Shown in pieces: positions 46,447 to 57,481 of a DNA stretch of 64,000 bases (its first letter is position 1; each line of letters starts with the position of its first letter). This stretch comes from Felis catus (lineage: Eukaryota): positions 29,204,001 through 29,268,000 of the forward strand of contig NC_058383.1 in NCBI RefSeq assembly GCF_018350175.1, written 5' to 3'. Both the position numbers and the translations under genes were made by a program. The notes below the pieces were generated by a model. The model searched no databases and was not told the DNA's origin. It saw only the letters and a program-made list of their open reading frames with translations.

Positions 46447-49400
46447 CTTTTGTGTCCCAGGAGCCCGCACATTACTGACACACACACATCGGAGTACACA
46501 CGCGTGTACACACGCCCCTTCTCTCAGATGCTGACGCCACGCACACAGTGCGAAACGTTCCCCCCCCCATATGGGATAATTTCTTTGCTTACTCTCCCAC
46601 CTGTGCCTCCCAACTCAGCTGGGAGCCCCATGGGGACAGGGGCTGTCGGGCTCCCGGCTGTGCCTCTGGGACCCAGCACAGTGCTTAGCACACAGTAGGC
46701 CCTCAATAGACACGTGCCCAGTGACAGGAGGCAGGAAGCCCGTGTCCAGCCGGGGCGCTCTGATCCAGAATGAGCAGCTGCAGTTCTCAGAACCTCCTAC
46801 TGAGTGGCTCAAGAACTTGTTTGGGGGAGATCCCTACCTAAAGGCACTCCTGGCTTTTCTCACCTGGGGGTCTCCCCCCTGAGCGGGAGAGAGGCACAGA
46901 AGGGGTGCCTGCGGGCCCAGCCCCCATCCTGGCAGCCTGCAGGGCAGGGGCGTGGGCTGTGCTCTGGCAGCTGGGCCGGCAGCTGGCCGCCAGGCTCTCG
47001 GTGCCTGCCCCAGCTGGCCAGCTGGGCCCCGATGCCACCCCCCACCCCATGACACAGCAGAAAGTGAAACCAGAGTCCGCCCCTGCCGGCTGGGGCCGAG
47101 CGCCCGCCGTTTCCCTGTAAAGCCACCAGCCCGGGGTGCGGGGGGAGGCAGGGAGCTGGCGCCCAGGCCTGGCATGGGGTGGCCTGTCGAAGGAGTGTCC
47201 CTCCAGGCTGAAGGCACTGCTGTGGCCCCTGCCTGTCTCATGGGGCTGTTGGTGAACCATCGTAGCTGCCCCATGGAGCCCTGTGAACTCCTTGATCTGG
47301 GACGGAGGGTTCATTATTGTCCCCATGTCGCTGAGAAACTGAGGCCGACAGGTTCCCTGGTGAGGTCATGGGTCGTCACGACCCCAAGATGAGAGACACA
47401 TCAGAGTGGGTGTAGGGGCGGAGGGCTCTGTGTTGGCGAGCAGGGAAGGGGTCGGGCACCCCCGAGAAGGGAAGACATGTGACATCCAGGCTGTCACAGG
47501 CGGACCCCTCCCCAGATTTGAATTGGGAACCCACCCCGCTCCATCTTGATTTCTGCCCCAGGCTCAGTCAACCGTGTACCACAAAGGGCCCTTCTCCCCG
47601 TGCCCCCAATTGCAAACCAACTGCTTGCTGTAAATAGAAATGAGCTGTACAAAGAAATACCTATGAGAGAAACGTACATCCTTAGCCGGGTGCCACTTAA
47701 AGTTATTGAGTAGATCTGTGCATCAGACTCGGGAGATCGCTATTCCGAGGGGTGGGTTTCATGTGGGAGGAAATGGCAGCGCGGAGAGGTTGAGTCATTT
47801 GCCTGGGTGGGGGGGGGGGGGGACACAGCGGGGGTCACAAAGTGCAGGCAGGCTGATTCCAGAAACCTGTGCTCACTGTTGGGCTGTGGTCTCTCCTCCA
47901 TGTCTGGGTCGTCTCAGCATATAAGGCGTGTGTTCAGTAAATATTAGTACTAACACCTTCCATGGTTAATGCCTCAACTCCCCCATTTTCAAAGCACCTT
48001 CGGGGCTTGTACTGCACGTGAGCGCACAGCACTGGGTACAACCAAGAACCCCTTGAGGCCAGATCCTGGGGTGTTGCCCTCCCTTGGCGGATGGGGAAAC
48101 CGAGGCAGAGAGTGGGAAAGTGACGTGTCCCGGGGAGCTGGGGAGAAAGCCGGGACCGGCCAGGGCCCCGTGCCAAGGTGAAGATCCCAGAGGCCCAGGG
48201 CCAGGCTGAACGTGAAATTTTCGCCTCATTCGCCTGGTCAAACAGGTAATGCCTGTTTCTTTTCCACTTTCCCCACCTCCCCGCCAGGAACCCCCAGAGC
48301 AAAGGCCAAGGCCGACAGTCCCCACGGCTGCCCTGTTTCCCGGGTCTGACTTCCAGCCCTCTGCCCGTGGAGACAAAAAGCACGTTTAGCAACCAATGTC
48401 TGTGCGTGGCGCCTTTTTCTCGCTCTTGGCAGTGACCAGTTCAGAGCGCTGTGAGTGGAGAAGGAGGTGTCTGGGGAGAATGGGGCGGGGGGCATCTTTC
48501 TCTCTTCCTTTGGGTGCTGGAGGAACTCAGAGCTGCCGTCTTCCCAGCCGGCCCAGGGGCCCCGAGGAATACTGCAAGAGCAATAAGGATTTTTAGGGGC
48601 ATTATGATAGTGGAATAGAAACACATCTGCCCCCAAAAGTCCCTCATTTTCCCTGCGGTAACGAACCAGCTGGGCAGGAAGTGGTGGCTCCCGGAGCACC
48701 AAGAGCCAAAACTAAAAAGGAAGAAACGTACAAAGTTAGAGCAAATTTTAAACAAGCCAAAGCTTTCACGGTATGCGGCGGCTCCACCCAGGCTCCCCCA
48801 AAGGCTGACGATTATTGGCTGGTAATTGGCTACATGTGTCTGTGTGCGGCGGCTTCAAGACCGACGCGCCTCCTCTGTGCCCGGAAAACCAAGATCTGGA
48901 ATCCCAGCGCGGGTCATGAGGCTCGTCCCCTGACACCAGGTGACTCCCAGGACTCGCCCGTGACGTCTCTCCAAGACCCCGAATGGTTGATTACTCCCCA
49001 CTGTCGTTACTGATCTAAGGAAACCACGGATCCGTCGATACCTCCTCGCGGGGACTGTGGGAAAGGTGGTCAACTTGGGAACCTGTGAGGAAACATGTGG
49101 GAAGGGAGCAGCTGTTTGCAACCAACTGCAGGTTGAAGGCTTGGGGAGGGGAGCCTGCTGGTCATCACTGATGGGGCGCAAGGAGGGGAGAATGCCTGCT
49201 AAGATCCGGGATGCCACCTCTCAGGTCTGGCCGCTAGTGATTGAGGACTGGGAAGTCCAGGGCAGTGGCTCCCCTGGGGCCTGTGGCCTTCAAGGTCTCT
49301 GCAGGTGGGCCGCCCCCCCCCCCATTCCAGCCAGCACGCCTGGCTGAAAGGGTTAACCCTGAAAGGGTTAAGCTCTCCACAGTGGCTGACACCCAAGGAG

Positions 49401-51313
49401 GAGAAGGCTGCTCTCACAGCAGGCTGGCATATCACACTGGGCCATCGAGACAAGAGAGGGGCTGAAAACAGCCTCTCGGAGCTCTGTCAATGGAGGCCAC
49501 CTTATCGCCATCGGAACGAAAACGGGACGCAAAGCCTTCCTGACACAGAACCAGCTCCCTGGGCGCTCACTGTCTCCTTGGCACCTGCCGCGTGGCCCCG
49601 GAGCCCTGGCGGGGACCCTGGGCATCTGTGCTGGTGAGCACCCAGCCGTCTGGGCCAGGCCTGCAAGGGCGCGATTCTACACTCGCCATGTGACAGCTGG
49701 CAACCCGGCCGGATCTCTTCTTTCAAGCAGCACCTAAAATATTCTCTGGGTGAACCCGCGGCTAAATATGGCCTGGCCTACAAGTGCCTGGTCTGGACCT
49801 TTTAATGCCATCCTAAGAGACAATCAGGAGCCCACGAGGCCTTCTGGTGGCCTGGAGTCCGGTTGCTGGGGCCAAATGGGAGTCCCGTGGGACTGGTGAC
49901 TCAGGGCTGGGTGCAGCTTGCCTGAGCGGGCTTCCTTTCAGTGCGTTCTCCCTGGGATGCCCACCCAGTTCTCTCTGGGCTGCTGGCCCCGTTGCCGTGC
50001 CCCCCCGGGCCCATCCCAAGTGGAGAGTGGAGAAGACTTCCTGCTGGCCTGCAGAAGCACAGCTCCGCCCCTGAACCTTCTAGACTCACGTCCGCTCTCT
50101 CCGCTCTCGCCCAGGCGGATTTGCCCCAAGCCCACAGGGCGGCCTCCTCTGTTTCCCTTTGAGCATCTGGGAGGCTGGGCTTAGCAAAGTTAGGTACTGC
50201 CCTCAGCACGGGCCACGCGGTAACGGCCGGTGAGCCCTGAGAGTCTCTGGGGAGTCCCTCAGGAGCCACACACCCCTCTTGTAGCCAAGAAATGCTGCCG
50301 GCTGGGTCCCGGGAGCAGAGACCCCCGGACACCTGTCTTGGGGCTCGTGTGGGCTCCAGCGGTGCCTCTAGGGCCACGTTCAGGCCTGGGCTGGCAGCGG
50401 TCCACGCTGTCTTGGGCAGAGATGCCAACAGGCCTGAGCACTGATCTCACGCACGATTCCAACAAGAGAGCCTAGTTTTCCACACGCCTCTGAGAACACC
50501 GCGCTGCCCGGCTGGCTGAAGACCGAAGGTGGACGCCGACTCCCTTCCCTGCGGAGGCCAGATCCTGGAGAAGAGGCTCAGTTTGCCCCCCTCCCTCCCG
50601 CCCCCCTCTTCCCGTGGCTCTTTTCCCCGTGGCTTTCTTGTGACAGCGACGTACACATTTTGTAGGTCTGTCTCCCTTTTGTGGAGTGGCGTGGCCATTC
50701 AGGGACACAAACTGGCCTTGTGGTTCCTTAAATGCAGATGTGTTATAAAAGGAAGATGATGTAAAATCAGAAACCTGAGGGTTCTGTAAACACTGACGTG
50801 CCCCCTGTAACTGAAGATGCGAGGTAAGGCTGCTCTGAAGAGAGCCCCAGGGGGTGCTCAGGGTGACGGGAGGGCCCCCAAAGTTCAGTCCTTCCAAACT
50901 CTCCACCACATCCACCCTTTTGCTTGTAAAAGCCCGCGCGGCTACGGGGCCCGAAGAGTCTCTGGTTGTTTAGCTCACGTTTGCGTCGTGTTTCAGGGTT
51001 TCTTTGCACCCCGTTCCATGCACAAGCCGCAAAGAAGCCTTTTACATCATCCCGATGCCGGGCAAGAGAGAAAATTCCGGCTTACGTGAATTCTGATCAA
51101 CACCATTTCCTTTTGTTGGCGTGGGCACCTCGGGGCTGGCAAACGAGTCTAAGGACCTGAGTTTGCCTCAACTTTCATCAGGCTCATTTTTATCCTCATG
51201 CCCCTAAGAGCTGTATTTATTCTCCGATCCCAATGAAAAGAGGGCACACCGATCCACTTCTAGAAAGCCATACCTTTAGCGGGCAAGATTCTTCTTTCTG
51301 TTCTTAATATAAA

Positions 51314-51352
51314 GTGTGTGTGTGTGTATGTGTGTGTGTGTGCGTGCACGCG
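51314..51352. repeat. (TG)n microsatellite
   Basis: Directly visible. Confidence 0.9.
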
Positions 51353-54300
51353 TGAGTTTTTGGGGAGCGGTACTGGGGTACTGGGAAGGGAGAAATAGAG
51401 GGAGTGGTCCCTCACAGGGACTTTCCCATTTTTCACTGGTTGGCATCACAAACGCGTTTCATTCTTAAGGAAATATTCGTCACATTACCCCCTCTTCCTC
51501 ACCCCTAACTGGCTCTACATTTCCACCCCCTTCGAAAACTTTTTGTCCCTAGGAGATGGGCTCTGCTTGTATATTGCGAAGAACTAATTTCAAAGTTGCT
51601 ATTTTTTTTTCCTTCTAAACCCACACTTCTTGGTGGGGTGGGGGGGGGGGATAGCAGCCGCTTCATGAAATTTCACACAGACGGGCCAAAGGAGAAAAGC
51701 CAAAATGCATTCAGCATATTCAGTGGTTACACGTTCCTTTTTTTTTTTTTTTTTTTTTCTTACTGCTGCAGGGAGGGCAGGGAGAGGGGAGGGTGGTGGG
51801 AATATGAAAAGAAGCTGTGATTCTCTGCCGAATCACTGAAGACCTCTCACTGCAAAGTCCTGATTTATAATCTCTCCACCATACTACTTTGCCTGTTTCC
51901 AGACTCGGTGCGGGGGGTGGGGGGGTGGGGGGGGCAGAGTTCGCTAAATGTATTCAGCGTTACAGGCTCGGTTTCAGAGGGCTTCGTGGAAGCAAGGGCT
52001 GTGCTCTCTCTCGCAAGTGCTCGCCTGACAGCCGACCAGCTCCACACGCAGCTCGCGACTCCGCCTGGCTCCCCGCACTTCGCAATCCAGCAATGTTAAC
52101 ATACGGCTTCCCCGCCCGGTTCTGTGGCTCAGTATCTTGGGGCCACGTTCCCGATTCCGGCCTCGTTAATTCACGTAAAACACCCTATTTGTGGAAGTAT
52201 CATTAAAGGCTAATTTGGCGAGAGATCCTTATTTAGCAAAGCAAATAGGATCTGACAGCTCTCTGGTGCGGCCAGGGCGGTGACAATTCAGCAAAGCACA
52301 AACACAATTTATGTCACAACGTGACAACTGCCCATCATTGAGCCACGCTGCAATTCTGGGCTCCTGGATTTTGTGCTGTTTCATCGTGTCCCATAACAAA
52401 GAGAAAGAGCCCGGGGAGTAAAGGACAGTTTTTGCCAAGGCCCCCAGCAACGCAAATGTCATCTGTGTGTACATGTGTCGTGTCTATTAAACACAGAATC
52501 CTCTAGCAAGAACCTTGTGTTCCAAAGTTCTTCAGGAACAGCTCACTTGGCTATTCTGTGCGGTGGACACCTGATTGAAACCCAGGTTTGCAAGTAAATA
52601 AACTTAAGGTAGGTGGGTGTCTGTATAGGGCACGGCTGGAGGGCAGGGCTGTGTGTGTAAATTAATACGACGTAATAAGGTCAGCGTTCTGGGAAGGGTA
52701 TGGGTGCCCCCACCTCCCCCGCCTTGCAGAGCTCCTGGGAACCCAGTGTCCTGAGTTTCTTATAAAATGGCTTAGAGCGAGGTGGCAAAGAAATCCTGTG
52801 ACTGCCGGTGGCAGCGAGCAGAAGGTTGCTCCTTTGACAAATTTGAAGACAAATCTAATGTAATTACCATTCCCAGTGTGATTCTGGGGTGTCAAACAAA
52901 CACTTTGACATGACGGGTATGCCACTCAGTCCCTTCAAATCCTACGACATCTCGCTAAACCACAGGGGGGAGAAAAAAACAACAACTGTACGATTCCCTT
53001 ATCTCTCTGGCCTCGCAAGGCAAGAGGCCCTTAAAAACATAGCAGGTTCAACAAACTGAGAACACACACACGCACACACAGAATATTCAACCCACCCCCA
53101 CCGTACAGCCTTTCACTTTTACCAAAAGTAGCAAACCTCCCCCCTTTTCTCCAATCAGCTTTTAGACGTGCAGCTTGGAGGTGTTAGCTCTTGGCTGGCT
53201 CTCTCCACGGGCTGCTGGGCCCGAATCCCTCGATGTTTAGAATGACCCCAAAAGCGGGACTTTGTGGGCCAGTTGGATAAAACATAAACTCATCTCGCCC
53301 TCAAAACCCCGATTCTGGGACCACAGCCTCCGAAACGGTTCCAAAGAAATGTGTTCCCCTCCACAGCTCACAGCACTGGGGCAGGCTGCCTCTGAGGCAG
53401 GATTTTGGAGAATCCTGGATAATTAAAGGAAACCTGGGTTTTCCTGCAGGGATGACAGTTGATCTCCTGGAAAAGCCAGCACCGTGGTGGGAGGGATGGG
53501 GGAGGGTATCTGCCTGCCCCTTGGGGGTATCTTCTCCTTCTTCTGCTTCCCAGCCCCCCTGTAAGGCCTGAAAGCTTCCCAGGAAAGACGCTGGGCGCCC
53601 AAAATGTCCCTCAGCGAAGCGCAAGTGCCCCTGGTGCCGCATACGGTCCCCACCCCACCCCCCATATCCAGCTAAAGTTTAGTTATTTATGCTCCTAATT
53701 GTCCTTCATTAAAGTCAAATTTGCTGCTTGCCCGGATTGGGGGAAATTATTTCCACCTTAATAGCTCAATTAGCCTCCGGGTTCTGACAAGGCCACCCCC
53801 CCCCCCACCTTTTCTCCCCACTTGCACCCCCCTCCTTTTTCACAACTTCTCCTAAAAATAAATTATAAATATGGATGTGTCCTCAGAGGATCTGAGCGGC
53901 ACATTCCAACGCTCCCCACGGTGGGGATTGGAAGCGAGAGAAAGCAGAAAGGCCACTCCCCCCCCCCCCATCCCCAAATCAAAATGCCTTTTTTCCCCCC
54001 TAACTTTTGCCAGAGCAACACGGTGTGGTCTCGGGCCCCGGCACCCGGATCTGCACCCCGGAACCTAGTTTTCCCCTAACCCTCCCCCCCCCTCCCCTCG
54101 CGCCTGCCCATCAGAAGCTAAGCCAACGTGCTATGGCCGCCTGCTCCTCGGAAGGAAGGGGGGAGCCGCCAACTTTACTTCGGGGAGGTGGTAACTCTCT
54201 GGGGACTGTCCTCCCTGCTTCTCCGTTGGTCCCCAGGGCCCGGCCCGAGCCCGCGCGGCCCGGGGCGCACGTGGAGTGGCAGGGCGCGGCGGGCGCGGAC

Positions 54301-54773
54301 CGGCGGGCGGGCGGCCTGCTCTCCGCGCGGCATTGATATCGGGGTCACGCAGCGAGTCAGTTTCCCGCACGGGCTTTCCGGGGTGGGGGCGGGGTGGCCG
54401 CCTCTCCAAACGCCCATTAATTTCCCAGCCCCGGCATCGGGGGAGCGGGGGGCTGCCTCGCCCCATCCCACCTTCTCTCCTAACACGCCCCTCTCGGGAG
54501 CCGGGGAGGGGGCTGGGGGAGGTGGCCCAGCTCCGCCGCCTCGGGGGGCGGCAGCGGCGGCGGATCGCAGCCCAGACGAGCGTCTAGCGCCGGGTCCCCG
54601 GAGAGCCCGGCGCTGCCCCCGCCACCACCTCCCCGCTCGCGTCCCCCCTCCGCACCCCCCCCCCCCACCGCCAGGCGGCCGCCCCGCACCCCTCCGGCCC
54701 GGGGGCCTGGGCACCCACCTGCCGCGGCCCCTGCCCTGGCGCGGGGGAGGGTGCCGTGCAGGCAAGAGGGTAG

Positions 54774-54782
54774 ACTCACCGC
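54774..54782 (-). other. Candidate 5' splice donor ending a minus-strand first exon
   Basis: Minus strand reads GCG|GTGAGT (plus-strand actcac at 54774-54779) inside the CpG island. Confidence 0.5.
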
Positions 54783-55323
54783 CGCTACCTCCTCCGGGGG
54801 CGCAGGGGGCCCCCCGGGGCTGCGCCTTCCTGGGCTCCCGGGAGGCGTGCGCGGGGCGGGGGGCGCCCGCGGGCCCTGCAGCCTCCGCCTCGATTGGAGC
54901 CCAGCCTCAAATCCTTCACCGCGGGGGGTGGGGGGGGAGACTTCCAGAAAAAGATCCCACCCCTCCCCAGACAAGATCCAAGTGATGGGCGGGGGGCGTA
55001 GAAAATCCTTTTCTGCCGAGAGCACGGAGCCGACGGGGCTGCACCCGGCCTCCACGGTCCGCTGCCGCCACAAAGCCGCGCCCCCGCCCCCCCCCCCCCG
55101 GCCCGGCCCCCCCCTCCCCCGCTCCCCCCCCCCCACGCCCTATGGCCGGCCCGGGGCGGGGGCTGGGCCGGCCCGGGGTTGGCGGCGCTGGGGAGGCGGC
55201 GGCGGCCCAGGCGGGGCGGCTCCTCCCCGGCCCGGGAGAGAGGGCGAGAGCCTGGAAGCGGCGCGCGCCCGCCTGCCCGGGTGGGGGCTGGGGCGGGGGC
55301 CGGGGTGGTGGTGGGGGGGTGCC

Positions 55324-55391
55324 TTCCTAGAAACCCTCGCCAAATATAGTCAGCGGATAGGGGCATTCCTAGAAATGCGGCGGCGACGTCA
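55324..55391. promoter_or_regulatory. Motif cluster: 2x TTCCTAGAAA, CArG/MEF2-like box, CRE-like site
   Basis: TTCCTAGAA at 55324-55332 and 55366-55374; CCAAATATAG at 55340-55349; GACGTCA at 55385-55391. Confidence 0.55.
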
Positions 55392-56590
55392 ACCTCGACC
55401 TGTGGGGGCAGAGCCTGGGGTTCTCCAAACTGGGGGGGGGGGGGCTCGGGGGAGGGGGAGATCCCCACTTCCAACACCCCGTGGGCCGGAGGAGGGAGCC
55501 TGGGCTGGGCCTCCCTCCTGGGGGCGGGCAGGCGTCCTCCACATGCGCTCCAGGGATCCCTCAGCTGGGGTGCAGGGTGCCTGAATGGGGACACATCTAC
55601 TTGAGATTCAGACTCGCCCCCAGATCTGCTAGCCTCTTTTGGGAACACTCAGTGACAGCGCCAGCAGGCGCTTTTAGCCGGTCCTCCCAATTTTCTTCAT
55701 CCCCCCCCCCCCCCATGCGCAAACTGTACAAGTAGGAGCAGCGTCCAGACTGGTGGCCCCGAACCTGCTTGGGGATGACCGGAGTCCCTTGGAAGCCCCA
55801 GGTTTGAAACTGGACAGACAAGCTCTGTTCCCAAGAACTCCCCAAATACCAACCCACTTTCAGGCCAAAAAATAAAGTTGTGTTTTCCGCCCTCCCTGTT
55901 CCAATGCACTCTGTTGCTGTTTTCACAGCCGCTGGCCACCAGCTCTGGGAGATGTTCTGGAAATTGGAGGTGGGGCATTGAGGGTCCCCTCTCCACCCTG
56001 CAAAGATCTGGCCCCTGGGGTGACACCCCACTCCATAAGCTACATAAGGTTCCAGCCGTAAGGGGGGACCCTCCCCTACAGCTCAGCCCCTCCTGAAATC
56101 TTCCCTACCTGCAGCCCTTGCACAGGAACCCCCTGATCATCATGCAAGTGTCCCCTCTCGCCCAGACAGGATCCAAATAACTGAGACATGACTTGTCCCC
56201 TTCCACTGCCCAGCCTCTTTTCGAGTAGCTGTGACGGGATCGAGAGCCTCCCAGGATCATAAAAAATGTATTTGCTGTCCTCTGTTGGCCGACATGTGTC
56301 ACACTCAGAAAATATATCACCGAACCCAGTGGGCCCTCCTCATGCCATCAAGGGGGTCCCAGGGACCCCAACCAGAGGGAGTGAGCCAGGCAGAATCCTC
56401 TATTCCTTCTCTCCCAGGTGCACCCCTATCTCCTGCCCCCACTTTGCAGGGAGGAAGGGAGGAAGGGGTCCTCATCTGCAGCCACTGCACAGGACTTTGA
56501 CCCACTGGTTTGTGACTGAAGTCCCTTCTCCCTCACTGGGCTCTAATTCCAGAAGCCTGGAGGACAGTGCTCAAGAAGAGGCCAGACAGG

Positions 56591-56591
<1 letters not shown>

Positions 56592-56626
<35 letters not shown>
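56592..56626. repeat. (TG)n microsatellite
   Basis: Directly visible. Confidence 0.95.
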
Positions 56627-56627
<1 letters not shown>

Positions 56628-57279
56628 GGCGTAGGGGTTCTCTGGGTTTACTCTGGGCCGAGGGACCCCTAGGGGATAGTATTTCTCATAGCAACTTGGA
56701 GGGGAATGTGACAGAAGAGGATAGGTCAAATGCCTCTTAAGGCAAAGGGCTGATCACTGATAATCATCAGTCCCCATTTCCTCCTGAGGCCCTACTGTGT
56801 GCCAAGCATGTGACATATACTAACTCACTGAGCTCTTCCCATTTTCCAGAGGAAAACACTGAGGCTTTGAGGTCAGTTGTTCCTTGATCTAAAGCTTGCT
56901 TGCCCTCTTTGTGCCAGGCCCAGAGCTGACACTGCAGCCACTGTGGCCAACAGGACGGGTCCCTGACCCCAAGGAAGGCATCGTCTCCGGGAGAGACCTG
57001 AGCCAGCAGCCAGTTACCATGCTGACCCCTGTGGTCCCGGGCACGAGCTCTGGAGCCCAGCTGCCTTGGGTCAGGACACCATGAGAGACCAAAGCTGGGC
57101 TGAGGGTGTCCACTGGGACCCCCCCCCCCGCCCCTGGTCCCACTGGCATGTAGTCTCCATGACTGGATACTGCCATGGGGTAGGACACGGGAGAGGCTGG
57201 ACTCTCCCTGCTGGTGCTTCTCATCAGCTAGGTGACTCTGCCTGGGCCTCAGCTTCCTCATCTGCAAAGTGGGAGTTAT

Positions 57280-57481
57280 TATTATTTTTTAAAGTTTATT
57301 TACGTAGAGAGAGAGAGAAAAAACACAAGCTGGGGAGGGGTAGAGAGAGACTCCCACGCAAGCTCCACATTGCCAGCACGGAGCCTGACAAGGGGCTCGA
57401 ACTCACGAACTGTGAGATCATGACCTGAGCGGAAATCCAGAGTCGTCAGATGCTTAACTGACTGAGCCGCCCAGGTGCCCC
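57280..57481 (-). mobile_element. Can-SINE inserted in a MIR, TSD aagtgggagttat
   Basis: Antisense body; MIR core ctcagcttcctcatctgcaaagtggg flanks it. Confidence 0.92.

Larger units (their letters stand above)
54200..55560. promoter_or_regulatory. CpG island, probable promoter of an unidentified gene or lncRNA
   Basis: About 1.3 kb of very high GC and dense CpG, many GC boxes, G/C runs, ATTGG box near 54893, no transposons. Confidence 0.85.

Noticed and set aside
54128..55648. Overlapping 196-287 aa ORFs on both strands
   Set aside because: Pro/Gly/Arg/Ala low-complexity frames open in several phases, as expected from stop-codon scarcity in a CpG island; no recognisable domain.
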